A stretch of DNA of 64,000 nt from positions 73,071 to 137,070 of the forward strand of contig JAXMNT010000018.1 of assembly GCA_034670305.1 (NCBI GenBank), read 5' to 3'. The first letter of the stretch is position 1. Each line of letters opens with the position of its first letter. Source of the stretch: Deltaproteobacteria bacterium. GTDB taxonomy: Bacteria > Myxococcota_A > Polyangia > Polyangiales > Houyiibacteriaceae. The notes under the pieces are model-generated. The model was not told where the DNA came from. It worked only from the letters and a program-made list of their open reading frames with translations, and ran no database searches. The translations under genes and the position numbers were made by a program. Positions 48,069 through 57,551 of this stretch are shown one piece after another.

Positions 48069-49049
48069 ATGATGCGCCACCTTTTCCTGCTCTCCACTCT
48101 CTCTCTCGCCACCCTCGTGGGTGTCTCCGGCTGTTCGTCGGAGGAGTATTACTGCGACGAATCCGGCTGTTACTTCTGCGATGGCCTCGGCTGTCGAGAA
48201 GTCGACCCGCCGGACCGTCCCATGTGCCGCGGGGACTTCGAATGCCCCGAAGGGTCCATCTGCACCGACCTCGGTTGCGTGGACGAATGCGCGGGCGACG
48301 CGGACTGTCCCGACGGCACCGTGTGCCGCTCCGGGGTGTGTGTCGGCCCGACCGAACCGGACCCGGACCCGAACCCGGGCGTGTGTGAGCGCAACGCGGA
48401 CTGCGACGCAGGACTCGTTTGCCGCGACGGCGTCTGCACCCCGGACGATGTCTCGTGCGGTGAGACCGGCTGCAGCTGCGAAGCGACCGGCATGTGCTCG
48501 GACGGGTTCACCTGCCTCGACGGCGAGTGCCGCGAGGACGAAGACGTGTGCCGTTTCAACACCGAGTGTGGTGGCGACGGACGCATCTGTCTGGACGGAC
48601 GCTGCACCACCGGATGCGAGACCTCGGCCGAATGTGTCGGCGGACAAATCTGCGTCGACAACTTCTGCCAGGACGACACCGCGCCTGTTCCCGAGTGTGT
48701 CCGCAACGAGACCTGCGACGCTGGCGAAGTCTGCGAAGACGGACGCTGCGTGGCCGAGTGCGACCGGGACGCGGACTGTGGCGACGGCCTGTACTGCCGC
48801 AGCGGACGTTGCGCGGTGGACGACCGACCGCGGCCCTTCTGTGAGTCCGACGCCGACTGCCGCTTCGCTTGTGTGAACGGCGTCTGCCGAACGCCCTGCG
48901 AGACGAGCCGCATGTGTGCCGAAGTCGACGTTCAGTTCAGCGTCTGCTTCGAGGACTACTGCGCGACCGCCAACGAAGCGACCAGCGACTGCTCCATCTC
49001 CGCCGATTGTGCGAGCGGGCGGGAATGCATCGACGGCATCTGCCGTTGA
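48069..49049 (+). CDS. Cys-rich repeat lipoprotein
   Basis: Lipobox VSGC; C..D.DC..G..C..G.C repeats. Confidence 0.82.
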   Translation: MMRHLFLLSTLSLATLVGVSGCSSEEYYCDESGCYFCDGLGCREVDPPDRPMCRGDFECPEGSICTDLGCVDECAGDADCPDGTVCRSGVCVGPTEPDPDPNPGVCERNADCDAGLVCRDGVCTPDDVSCGETGCSCEATGMCSDGFTCLDGECREDEDVCRFNTECGGDGRICLDGRCTTGCETSAECVGGQICVDNFCQDDTAPVPECVRNETCDAGEVCEDGRCVAECDRDADCGDGLYCRSGRCAVDDRPRPFCESDADCRFACVNGVCRTPCETSRMCAEVDVQFSVCFEDYCATANEATSDCSISADCASGRECIDGICR

Positions 49050-49126
49050 CCCACTGACTGACTGATAGGCGGCCGACCACCCACCACCCAGACCGGCCGT
49101 CTCCGAACCATCCAACCACCACCCAG

Positions 49127-49159
49127 AACGCCGGGGCCTCACCGCCCCGGCGTTTTTTA
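49127..49159 (+). terminator. Rho-independent terminator
   Basis: AACGCCGGGGC...GCCCCGGCG followed by TTTTTT. Confidence 0.8.
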
Positions 49160-49296
49160 TTCCGTCGCCTGCCTGCCGCGGAGACCGGCGGTCCGGAGTC
49201 ACGCATCGCTGGGTTCAAGGACTTGCCGCCGTGGTTTCCGAAGACAGGGCTCCGATTTCGGGTAGATTCCCTCCAGTGTCGGGTCTGTACGAGTGG

Positions 49297-49911
49297 ATGA
49301 AGTCGAGGTTGGCCACATCGGTCTGTGTCGTGTTGGCGGGGTGTGCCACCGCGCAGCGAGCGCCGGATCCGGCCCCCACGCTCGAAGCGTACGCGGCGGC
49401 GGTCCGCGCCGGAGATGCGGCGGCGTTGCACGCGCTCCTCGACGAAGAGACCCGAGCCGCGGTGGACGAGGCGCGGCTCGCCGAACTGCTCACCGAGAAC
49501 CAGGCGGAGCTCCGCGAACAGCTGGATTCGGTGCCGACGCAGCGGCTCGAGACCCGCGCGGTGGTCGAGCTGCCTACGGGCGACGCCGCGGTGCTCTCGC
49601 TCGAAGATCAGCAGTGGCGCATCGACGGCGGCCTGCTTGGAACCCCGGCGCTCCTCACCCCGGTGGATGCGGTGCGGGCCCTTCGGCGCGCGCTCCTGCG
49701 GCGGGGGTTGAGCGACGTGTTGGCGGTCTTCGGACGCAGTCTGCGGGGAGAGGTCGAGGCCGAGGTGCAGCGTTTCCTCGAAGAGACGGCCGACGAGCTC
49801 GACTACGACACCGAGATCCAAGGCCACGCCGCGACAGTGCGGACGAGCGGCGGCCGGGTGGTGCGGCTCACCCGGGAAGCCGGCGAGTGGCGTGTGGTCG
49901 ACTTCGAGTAG
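49297..49911 (+). CDS. Hypothetical lipoprotein
   Basis: Lipobox LAGC; two repeats ending WRID/WRVVD. Confidence 0.75.
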   Translation: MKSRLATSVCVVLAGCATAQRAPDPAPTLEAYAAAVRAGDAAALHALLDEETRAAVDEARLAELLTENQAELREQLDSVPTQRLETRAVVELPTGDAAVLSLEDQQWRIDGGLLGTPALLTPVDAVRALRRALLRRGLSDVLAVFGRSLRGEVEAEVQRFLEETADELDYDTEIQGHAATVRTSGGRVVRLTREAGEWRVVDFE

Positions 49912-49913
49912 CG

Positions 49914-50615
49914 ATGAAGAGCATCTCCGACGACCAAGCCGACATCTACTTCACCCGCGCGGAGGCCTACGACGCGCTGGTCTCGGCCGAGGACGCAGAC
50001 GGGCTCTTGGCAGAGGCGCTTCGCTCGAAGTTGCCGGCCGGCGTCATCGCCGATGTGGGCGCGGGGACCGGCCGGGTCACGCGGTTGCTCGCCGGTCACG
50101 CGACCCATTCGATCTTGCTGGAGCGCGCGGCGCCGATGCTCGAGGTGGCGAAGGAACGGCTTCGGCCGCTCGGCCTCTCGTTCGAGACCCACGTGGCGGA
50201 TGCGAGGGCGCTCCCCCTCGACGACCAGTGCACCGACGCCGCGGTCGCCGGTTGGGTGTTCGGTCACTTCCGGCACTGGATGCCCGACGGGTGGCGCGAA
50301 GAGGTCGACCAGGCCCTCGCGGAGATGCACCGCGTGGTGCGGGCGGGTCCGCTCGGACGGCCAGAGCTCGTGATCGAGACCCTCGGGACCGGCCACGAGA
50401 CGCCCCGCACCCACGAAGCCTTGGACGAGTACTTCGGGTACCTCGAGTCGCTCGGATTCGAGCGCACGTGGGTCCGCACCGACTACGTGTTCGAAGACGT
50501 CGAGACCGCTGCACAGACGCTCGGTGGGTTCTTTGGCGAGACGATGGCCGAGAGGATCCGCGACAACGGTTGGGCCCGGGTGCCGGAGTGCACGGGGCTC
50601 TGGTGGCGGGCGTAG
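49914..50615 (+). CDS. Class I SAM-dependent methyltransferase
   Basis: ADVGAGTGR, ADARALPL. Confidence 0.88.
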   Translation: MKSISDDQADIYFTRAEAYDALVSAEDADGLLAEALRSKLPAGVIADVGAGTGRVTRLLAGHATHSILLERAAPMLEVAKERLRPLGLSFETHVADARALPLDDQCTDAAVAGWVFGHFRHWMPDGWREEVDQALAEMHRVVRAGPLGRPELVIETLGTGHETPRTHEALDEYFGYLESLGFERTWVRTDYVFEDVETAAQTLGGFFGETMAERIRDNGWARVPECTGLWWRA

Positions 50616-50708
50616 CGAAGTCGGGTGCCGAACGCCGACGCCGAACGCCGATGCCCGCTGACCGCTGAGAAGTCTCCGCGCTCGGTCTGCACGCGATAAC
50701 CTCGCGTC

Positions 50709-52895
50709 GTGGGAGGAGATCGACGCGCGGCGATGGTGGCTGCGATCAGCGCGGCGTTGATCATCGCCCAACAGGTCGCCAGCAAGGCCACCCGCGACGT
50801 GCTCTTTCTCTCGGCCTACGGCGCGGACGAGCTGCCGCTCGCGATGCTCGGTTCGGCGGGCATCGCGCTCGTGGGTGTCGCGATGCTGGCACCGGTGCTC
50901 GCGCGTTTCGGACCGAGCCGCACGGTGCCCGCGCTCTTCCTGGTCAGCGCCGCGATCTACTGCCTCGAGGCGGTGCTGCAGGCCGACCTGCCCGGGCCGA
51001 TTGCCTACGCGGTGTTCCTGCACGTCTCGCTCTTCGGTGCGGTGGTCGTGAGCGGATTCTGGTCGGTGGTGAACGAACGGTTCGACCCGCATTCGGCCAA
51101 GCGGTTCATCGGTAAGATCGCCGCGGGCGCGGCGTGTGGTGGGGTCCTCGGCGGGGTGCTCGCGGAACGGGTCGCGTCCACTTTCGGCGCGGGCAAACTG
51201 CTCGTGGTGCTCGCCGGCCTGCAGGTGGTCGCGGCGATCGGGGTGGCGCTGGTGGGCGAGGGGGCGCAGAAGCCGAACGACACCACGCGCGGCGCCTTCA
51301 GTGTGCTCGCCGGTTCGACGTACCTGCGCCGCATTGCGTGGACCGTGGTGCTGCTCGCCTTCGCCGGCGCGCTGCTCGACTACGTGCTCAAGGCGGAGGC
51401 CGACGCGCGCATCGTGGGCGAAGAACGGCTCACCCGTTTCTTTGCCGCGTACTACACCGGGGTGGGCCTGCTGACGTTTGCGCTCCAGAGCACGGTGGCG
51501 AAACGACTGCTCAGCACGCTCGGCATCGGCAAGACGATCGCCACGCTGCCGCTCGCGATGATGTTCCTGAGCGGGCTCGGGGTGCTGGTGACTCGCTTGT
51601 GGTCGGTGGTCCTCCTGCGCGGCATGTCGAGCGTGCTCGAATCCTCGCTTTTTCGAAGCGGGTACGAGCTGCTCTACACGCCGGTCTCCACCGCCAAGAA
51701 GCGCCCGACCAAGCTGCTGATCGACGTCGCCGGCAACCGGCTCGGAGACATGCTTGGTTCCGGGCTGGTGCTGCTGTTGCTCCTGATCGTACCGGTCAGC
51801 ACCACGATGCTGAGCATGGCGCTCGCCGCCATCGCAGCCACGGGCGCGCTCATTCTCGTGGGGCACCTGCAGCGTGGCTACGTCGCGGAGCTCGCGAGCA
51901 GTCTCAAGAGCGGGACGCTGGTGTTCGAGCGCGCAGACGATCTCGACGCGACGACGCGCGCGACCTTCGAGACCACGATGGGCCTGCGGCGCGGACCTCT
52001 GCTCGAAGCGATGACGCGGGCGAAGGGCACGGGCGATTCGATCGACATCGCGGCGGGCCGGCCCTCGCTTCCGCCTCCGGAAGAAGAAGACCTGCCCGAG
52101 ATGCTGCAGCGATTGCAGGGCGAGGACTGGAAGCGAACCGCGCGTGCGCTTCAGAAGGCCGCCCGGCGGCATGTGGGTCAGTTGATCGATGCGCTGCTCG
52201 ATGAGTCGCTCGAGCTGAGCATCCGCAAGCGGCTGCCGCGGGTGATCGCGAGTGTGCCGAGCCGGCGCGTGGTCACGGGGTTGATGGAGGCGCTCTCGGA
52301 TCCCCGGTTCGAGATCCGCTACCGCGCTGGCGTGGCGCTCGGCGCGCTGCTCGCGCGGCACACCAGCCTTCGCCCGCCGCGCGAAGAAGTGTTCGCGCTC
52401 GCAGCCCGCGAGGTGCGGGTCGGGCGCAACGTGTGGGAGAGCCAGGCGCGCATCGAAGAAGAGGAGGGTGGGGAAGACCTCGGCTCGCTCCTGCGGCAGC
52501 GCCGAGACCGATCGCTCGAGCACGTGTTCAACCTGCTCGGGCTGACGTTCGACCGCGACACCCTGCGCATCGCGCTCCAAGCGCTCGCGAGTGGCGACCG
52601 GAGTCTCGAAGGGACGGCGCTCGAGTACCTGGAGAACATTCTCCCCGACACCGTGCGGGACGGGCTCTGGCCGTACATTGCGCCCGAAGGGCTCACGCGT
52701 CGTGCGCGCCGACCGGCCGGGGAGATCGTCGACGAGCTGCTCTCGTCCATGGACAGCTTGAAGCTCGACCGGCGCGAGTTGCTTCAACGCATGGAAGAGC
52801 CGCGAGCGGAGCCGCGAGCGGAGCCGCGTCCGACCGAGGCGGACCTGCCGGACGCGGATCCGCCGAGCTCGGACTCCGGCGCCGACCCGAAGTGA
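50709..52895 (+). CDS. TLC/Npt-like MFS transporter with C-terminal HEAT-like repeats
   Basis: KATRDVLFLS, FWSVVNERFD, RSGYELLYTP; helical C-terminus. Confidence 0.78.
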   Translation: MGGDRRAAMVAAISAALIIAQQVASKATRDVLFLSAYGADELPLAMLGSAGIALVGVAMLAPVLARFGPSRTVPALFLVSAAIYCLEAVLQADLPGPIAYAVFLHVSLFGAVVVSGFWSVVNERFDPHSAKRFIGKIAAGAACGGVLGGVLAERVASTFGAGKLLVVLAGLQVVAAIGVALVGEGAQKPNDTTRGAFSVLAGSTYLRRIAWTVVLLAFAGALLDYVLKAEADARIVGEERLTRFFAAYYTGVGLLTFALQSTVAKRLLSTLGIGKTIATLPLAMMFLSGLGVLVTRLWSVVLLRGMSSVLESSLFRSGYELLYTPVSTAKKRPTKLLIDVAGNRLGDMLGSGLVLLLLLIVPVSTTMLSMALAAIAATGALILVGHLQRGYVAELASSLKSGTLVFERADDLDATTRATFETTMGLRRGPLLEAMTRAKGTGDSIDIAAGRPSLPPPEEEDLPEMLQRLQGEDWKRTARALQKAARRHVGQLIDALLDESLELSIRKRLPRVIASVPSRRVVTGLMEALSDPRFEIRYRAGVALGALLARHTSLRPPREEVFALAAREVRVGRNVWESQARIEEEEGGEDLGSLLRQRRDRSLEHVFNLLGLTFDRDTLRIALQALASGDRSLEGTALEYLENILPDTVRDGLWPYIAPEGLTRRARRPAGEIVDELLSSMDSLKLDRRELLQRMEEPRAEPRAEPRPTEADLPDADPPSSDSGADPK

Positions 52896-52941
52896 TCCCA
52901 CCGCCTGGTGCCCCGTTGCGACGGGTCTGATAGAGAGCGCC

Positions 52942-53793
52942 ATGCGCTTTTGGTGGGCTCTTGGGCTTTTGGTGTGGGCAGGTTGCGGGGACGACGACGT
53001 CGGGCGCGATGCCTCGGTCCGCGACGCGTCGCGGCCGGATGGATGCAGTGGCTGTGCGGCGGACGTGAGCTTTCCCGACGTGGGCGCCCCACCCGATGTG
53101 GGTGCCGACGCGCCCGATACCGGCACGCCGGTGATCGTCGCGGTGGGGTACGGAGGTCTGCGGGTGCGTTCGACCGACTTGGGCCAGACCTTCACGGACG
53201 AGCGACACACCACCGAGTCCGGCGGCGACGACATGGCGTTGCTGCGTGCGGCCGCGTTCGGCAACGGACGCTTCGTTGCCCTCGGCTGGTCGTTCTTCAG
53301 TTCAGAGGACGGCAGGACCTGGGACGCCCACGACAACCCGCACGGCCAGTGGGCGGGGGCGGTGGCGTTCGGCAACGGCATGTTCCTCGCGTCCGGTGGT
53401 GGCGGCTACTGCGCGCGCTCGACGAGCGGCACGGACTGGGCGCAGTGCACCGACGTGAACGGCGACGCCGGGTTCGTGCACGTGCGCTCGGTGCTCTTTC
53501 ACGAAGGCGCATTCCATGCCGCCGACCAAGACGGTGTGCTCTACCGCTCCACCGACGGAGACGTCTGGGAAGTCGAAGACGCGTCGTTCGGCGATGCGTG
53601 GGCGGCGATCGTCGACGGGGCCATCGTGCCTCGCGCGCAAGACGCGCCGTGGGAGGGCGACGGCTTCTCGCTTCGTGGGGGCAGCGGCGTCATCCAGCGT
53701 TCGACCGGTGGCGGGTTCGAGGACGTCTACGACATCCCGGCGGGCAACGGCGTCTTCCAAGCGCATCGTTTCGCATTCGCGATCGGGCGCTGA
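52942..53793 (+). CDS. Lipoprotein with BNR/Asp-box propeller repeats
   Basis: AGCGDDD; RSTDLGQTF, SSEDGRTW, RSTDGDVW. Confidence 0.78.
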   Translation: MRFWWALGLLVWAGCGDDDVGRDASVRDASRPDGCSGCAADVSFPDVGAPPDVGADAPDTGTPVIVAVGYGGLRVRSTDLGQTFTDERHTTESGGDDMALLRAAAFGNGRFVALGWSFFSSEDGRTWDAHDNPHGQWAGAVAFGNGMFLASGGGGYCARSTSGTDWAQCTDVNGDAGFVHVRSVLFHEGAFHAADQDGVLYRSTDGDVWEVEDASFGDAWAAIVDGAIVPRAQDAPWEGDGFSLRGGSGVIQRSTGGGFEDVYDIPAGNGVFQAHRFAFAIGR

Positions 53794-53892
53794 GGAGCGG
53801 CCCCGCGCGCTTGCTTGCCGTCTGCTCACAGCCGAGCTGAGCATCCACGTGCGGACCGGATGCATCAGGGCACGTCAGGATTGCACGAGAAG

Positions 53893-53979
53893 ATTCGGGC
53901 ACCGGCACGCCCGGCCCATTCGGGCACCGGCACGCCCGGCCCATTCGGGCAAGGGCAAGGGCAAGGGCAGGGGCAAGGG
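53893..53979. repeat. 25-bp tandem repeat (x2.3) followed by a (GGGCAA)n tract
   Basis: ATTCGGGCACCGGCACGCCCGGCCC at 53893 and 53918; G-tracts at 53946-53979. Confidence 0.85.
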
Positions 53980-54001
53980 AGCAGGTCGCTTGCGCTCCCT
54001 G

Positions 54002-54319
54002 CTACCGATGGGCGTCCAGCTTCTTGCGAATGGCTTCGATGTCGACCAGCCGGAGCAGCGATGCGGCGCCGCGTCGCTGACGGGCCAAGGCGCTTCCGCG
54101 TTTGGTGTTCGCGAGCGTCGTGATGCCGAGCAGCACTTCGGGTGGCAACTCGAGCATCGCGAGCCGCTTCGGCTTGAGCCCAGCGAGCTCCATCGCGAGC
54201 GCCTCGAGCGTGATCTGGAGCGCGCGCTGCTCCTTCTTCTTCTCGGTGCGCGACGGACCGAGGTCCTCGAGTTCTTCGAACGTCGAGGTGTCGATCATGG
54301 GTTTCTTGCGGCGGGCCAT
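54002..54319 (-). CDS. DarP/YjgA (DUF615)-like ribosome-associated protein, short form
   Basis: PSRTEKKKEQRALQ...LAMEL...ALARQRR...LLR. Confidence 0.72.
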   Translation of the reverse strand: MARRKKPMIDTSTFEELEDLGPSRTEKKKEQRALQITLEALAMELAGLKPKRLAMLELPPEVLLGITTLANTKRGSALARQRRGAASLLRLVDIEAIRKKLDAHR

Positions 54320-54326
54320 CTACTAC

Positions 54327-55517
54327 TCAGTAACTTCGCGGCAGCCCGAGCACGTGTTCGGCCACCTGGTTGAGCACCATCTCGCGGGAGATGGGTGCGG
54401 TGCGGAGCAAACGTGCGTCGACATACGCTTGAATCAACCCGAGCTCGCGAGAAAACCCGTTTCCGCCGTGGGTCTGCAGTGCGGCATCCGCGGCTTTGAT
54501 CGCCAACTCACCGGCCAGGTACTTCGCCATCGTGGACACCGGACCGAGCTCCATGGCGCTCGCGCCTTGGTCGAAGAGCGTGGCCGACTTGTAGAAGAGC
54601 AGCCGGACGGCTTCGAGCTCGGCTTTGATCGCCGCCAGTGGATGCTGGATCGCCTGGTAGCTGCCGATCGGCGCGCCGCGGAACACTTTGCGCTCCTTCG
54701 CGTACTCCACCGCTCGGTCGAGCAGCCGCTCGGCCATGCCCACGGCCTGCGCCGCCGCCAGGGTCCGCTCCGCGTTGAGCACGTCGAACATCGGGACCAC
54801 GCCCATGTGTTCGTCGCCGATCAGATCGTCGACCACCACGTCGTCGAAGTGCAGCGTCCACTGCTTGAGCCCTTCGATGCCGTCGGTCGGCAGCTCGGTC
54901 ATCGAGAAACCCTCGGCCTTCGGGTTGACGACGACGACGTTGAACCCGGCGGTCTTCGGCAGGCCCTTTTCTTTGCGCTCGGCGTCCTTCATCGAGCGGG
55001 TGATGACGAGGATCTTGTCGCAGACATCGACGCCCGTGATGAAGGTCTTCGTGCCGTTGAGCACGAGGTCGTCGCCGCGCCGTTCGGTGAACGTCTTCAT
55101 CGCGAACGAGTTCGAACCGGCGTCCGGTTCGGTGATCGCGAACGCCATGATGAGGTCGCCGTCGGCGATCTGCTTCAGGTAGCGGTCGCGCGCCTGGTCC
55201 GGACCGGCCCGCAGGATGGTGAGCGCGTTCATCTGGGTGAGCATCAAGAGCGCGCTGCCCGCTTCGTAGCGGGACATCGTCTCCATCGCGAGCGCGAGCG
55301 GCCACAGCCCCATGTCGGAGCCGCCGTACTTCTCGGGCAAGAGCGCGCCGGCGAATCCGGCTTCGGCGAAGTCCTTGAAGAACGCCCGGTCGAACACGCC
55401 TTCGCGGACGGTGCGCTCTCGGATCGCCTGCATCTTCGGCCCCCACTTCTGGCCGAGCTGCTTCGCGCTCTCACGCACCATCTTCTCTTCGTCGCTGAAT
55501 CGAAAGTCCACGTCCAC
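54327..55517 (-). CDS. Acyl-CoA dehydrogenase
   Basis: AFAITEPDAGSN, NGTKTFITG, YQAIQHPLA, QTHGGNGF. Confidence 0.93.
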   Translation of the reverse strand: MDVDFRFSDEEKMVRESAKQLGQKWGPKMQAIRERTVREGVFDRAFFKDFAEAGFAGALLPEKYGGSDMGLWPLALAMETMSRYEAGSALLMLTQMNALTILRAGPDQARDRYLKQIADGDLIMAFAITEPDAGSNSFAMKTFTERRGDDLVLNGTKTFITGVDVCDKILVITRSMKDAERKEKGLPKTAGFNVVVVNPKAEGFSMTELPTDGIEGLKQWTLHFDDVVVDDLIGDEHMGVVPMFDVLNAERTLAAAQAVGMAERLLDRAVEYAKERKVFRGAPIGSYQAIQHPLAAIKAELEAVRLLFYKSATLFDQGASAMELGPVSTMAKYLAGELAIKAADAALQTHGGNGFSRELGLIQAYVDARLLRTAPISREMVLNQVAEHVLGLPRSY

Positions 55518-55633
55518 TCCATCTCGTCGAACGTACAGAGGCCGACGGCCCACTAAAGCGCATCTCCACCGCCGTGGCGAGTCGAGCGGTGGGGCTGCTC
55601 GCTTGGGCGGTCAAACAGTGGTAGGTCCGCGGC

Positions 55634-56587
55634 GTGACCTTGATTGGAGTGAATGCGCCCTATCTCCGTGGTGCGTACGGCCACGACCTGGCCCCGAGCG
55701 GTCGCCATCCCGATTGGCCGGTCGACTTCGATCCGATGGTGGCCTACCGGCCGCTGATCGAGTCCAAGACGCTCGGCTTCGGCGCGGTCCGGGTGTGGCT
55801 CTGCGAAGCCGCCGAAGGCATCGTGTTCGAGGATGGGCAGCTCACGGGGGTGCACCCGGATCTGCTGGAGAGCATTCGGGTCATCCAGGAGGCGGCGCGC
55901 CTTCACGGGCAACGCATCTACTGGTCGCTGCTCGATGGCAACGCGGTGGCGCGTGAAGGGGACGTGCTCACCCGTCGGATCCTGACCGATGCAGACACCC
56001 GCGCGAAGTTCGCGGAGCTGGTGGTCGCGCCGATCGCGAAGACGGTGGACCCAGAGCTCACCTTCGCGTTCGAGATCGTCAACGAACCGGAGACCGCGAC
56101 CGACGACTGCATGAAGGACTCCGACGAGGTCGCCGCCGGAGTCGAGCCGGTTTCGTGGGAAGATCTCGGCGCGACGATTCGTGTGAGTGGCGACGCTGCG
56201 CGGGCAGAACTCGATGCGCCCGTGACATCGGGCACGATGCACGTGTTCTTGCCGGCGCTCTTCGGTGCGGATCCGAAGCTCGATGCGATCGACGTGCACG
56301 TGTACCACCCGCGGGGGGGCATTCCTTCGCGCGAGGATTTGGTGGCGTACATGAAGGACGAGTCGGTGCGCGACATGCCGCTCATCGGCGGCGAGTTCGG
56401 CATCCCGAAGGACGCGCCCGAAGGCGAACCTTTCGCGCTGACCAACTACGTCTTCAACGCGGACGAGCTCGGCTACGCCGCGGCGTTCCTGTGGCAGCTC
56501 GAAGGCGACCTCGTGGACGCGCGCGAGAAGAAGCGCCCGATCACCGAACTCGGCTACGAGATGCAGCGGGTGCTCTCCGCCCGCTAA
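55634..56587 (+). CDS. Clan GH-A (GH5-like) glycoside hydrolase
   Basis: EIVNEPE acid/base, DVHVY, GGEFG nucleophile, AFLWQ. Confidence 0.72.
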   Translation: MTLIGVNAPYLRGAYGHDLAPSGRHPDWPVDFDPMVAYRPLIESKTLGFGAVRVWLCEAAEGIVFEDGQLTGVHPDLLESIRVIQEAARLHGQRIYWSLLDGNAVAREGDVLTRRILTDADTRAKFAELVVAPIAKTVDPELTFAFEIVNEPETATDDCMKDSDEVAAGVEPVSWEDLGATIRVSGDAARAELDAPVTSGTMHVFLPALFGADPKLDAIDVHVYHPRGGIPSREDLVAYMKDESVRDMPLIGGEFGIPKDAPEGEPFALTNYVFNADELGYAAAFLWQLEGDLVDAREKKRPITELGYEMQRVLSAR

Positions 56588-56647
56588 GCGACCTGCGTCC
56601 GCCGGGCCTCGGTTGCACCAGCGCATTTCGTGCGCACTGTCCGGCGC

Positions 56648-57496
56648 ATGGAGCTGCTCTCCACAGAACCGACGCCGTTTCACACGGTCCGATACCTCAA
56701 CGCCAAGAGCGGCGGGGGAACGGTGGTCTCGCGTCTGCCGATCTCGTTCGGCACCGTCGACGGCCTGCCCGACGGCCTGGATGCGCTGATCTGCGCCAGC
56801 GACTTGCAGGGTGTGGTGCCCGGCGCGGGTCCGCGCGGTGAGTCGGTGTTGCTCGGCGTCGTGCTCGCCGAGGTGTTGGCCGAGCTCGCCGAGCAGGGCC
56901 GGCTCGCGCGTCCCGAACGAACCGGGGTGCTCTTGGCCGGCGACCTGTACAGCGCGCCCGGAGGAGACGTCCGGGGTGCGAGCGGCGACGTGCGGCCCGT
57001 GTGGCGCGCGTTCGCCGAACAGCCGTTCTCGTTCGTCGTCGGGGTGGCGGGCAACCACGACCGCTTTGTCGATGGACCCGCGCGTGGACGCCACGGGATG
57101 GCCTTCGTTCCGTTCGCGGACGAGGCGGGCGTCGACGTGCTCGATCTCGAGCTGTGTGAGCGCGATGGGTTGGCCGTGGGTGGCGTGAGCTGGATCGCGG
57201 GCAACGCGAAGAAGGGCGGCCGCCGCGCCGAAGGCGAACAGCTGGACGCGGTCGAGTCGGTGTGGGGCGAACCCCTCGACGTGTTCGTGCTGCACGAAGG
57301 ACCGTCGGGGGGGCCACGCCAGCGGGGGCACGAGGGTGTGCGTGCGCTGCTGGGCACCCGGAGGCGCGGGTCACGCACGCCGCGCTTGGTCGTGTGCGGA
57401 CACGCGCACTGGGAGTCGCCGGTGTTCGAGATGCCGGAGTCCCGAACGAAGGTGTTGAACGTCGATGCTCGGGTCGTGGTGCTTCGACGACCCTAG
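56648..57496 (+). CDS. Metallophosphoesterase
   Basis: ASDLQG, LAGDL, AGNHD, LHEGP, CGHAH. Confidence 0.88.
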   Translation: MELLSTEPTPFHTVRYLNAKSGGGTVVSRLPISFGTVDGLPDGLDALICASDLQGVVPGAGPRGESVLLGVVLAEVLAELAEQGRLARPERTGVLLAGDLYSAPGGDVRGASGDVRPVWRAFAEQPFSFVVGVAGNHDRFVDGPARGRHGMAFVPFADEAGVDVLDLELCERDGLAVGGVSWIAGNAKKGGRRAEGEQLDAVESVWGEPLDVFVLHEGPSGGPRQRGHEGVRALLGTRRRGSRTPRLVVCGHAHWESPVFEMPESRTKVLNVDARVVVLRRP

Positions 57497-57551
57497 CCAG
57501 CGGGGACGGTGGTCGGCTTGACGGCCCCCGCGCGGGCTGTAGGTCCGAAGC

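Noticed and set aside
46440-49202. 920-aa minus-strand ORF
   Set aside because: Antisense to PhoX and the Cys-rich lipoprotein; no motifs
49803-53381. 1192-aa minus-strand ORF
   Set aside because: Antisense shadow of three well-supported plus-strand genes, typical of high-GC DNA
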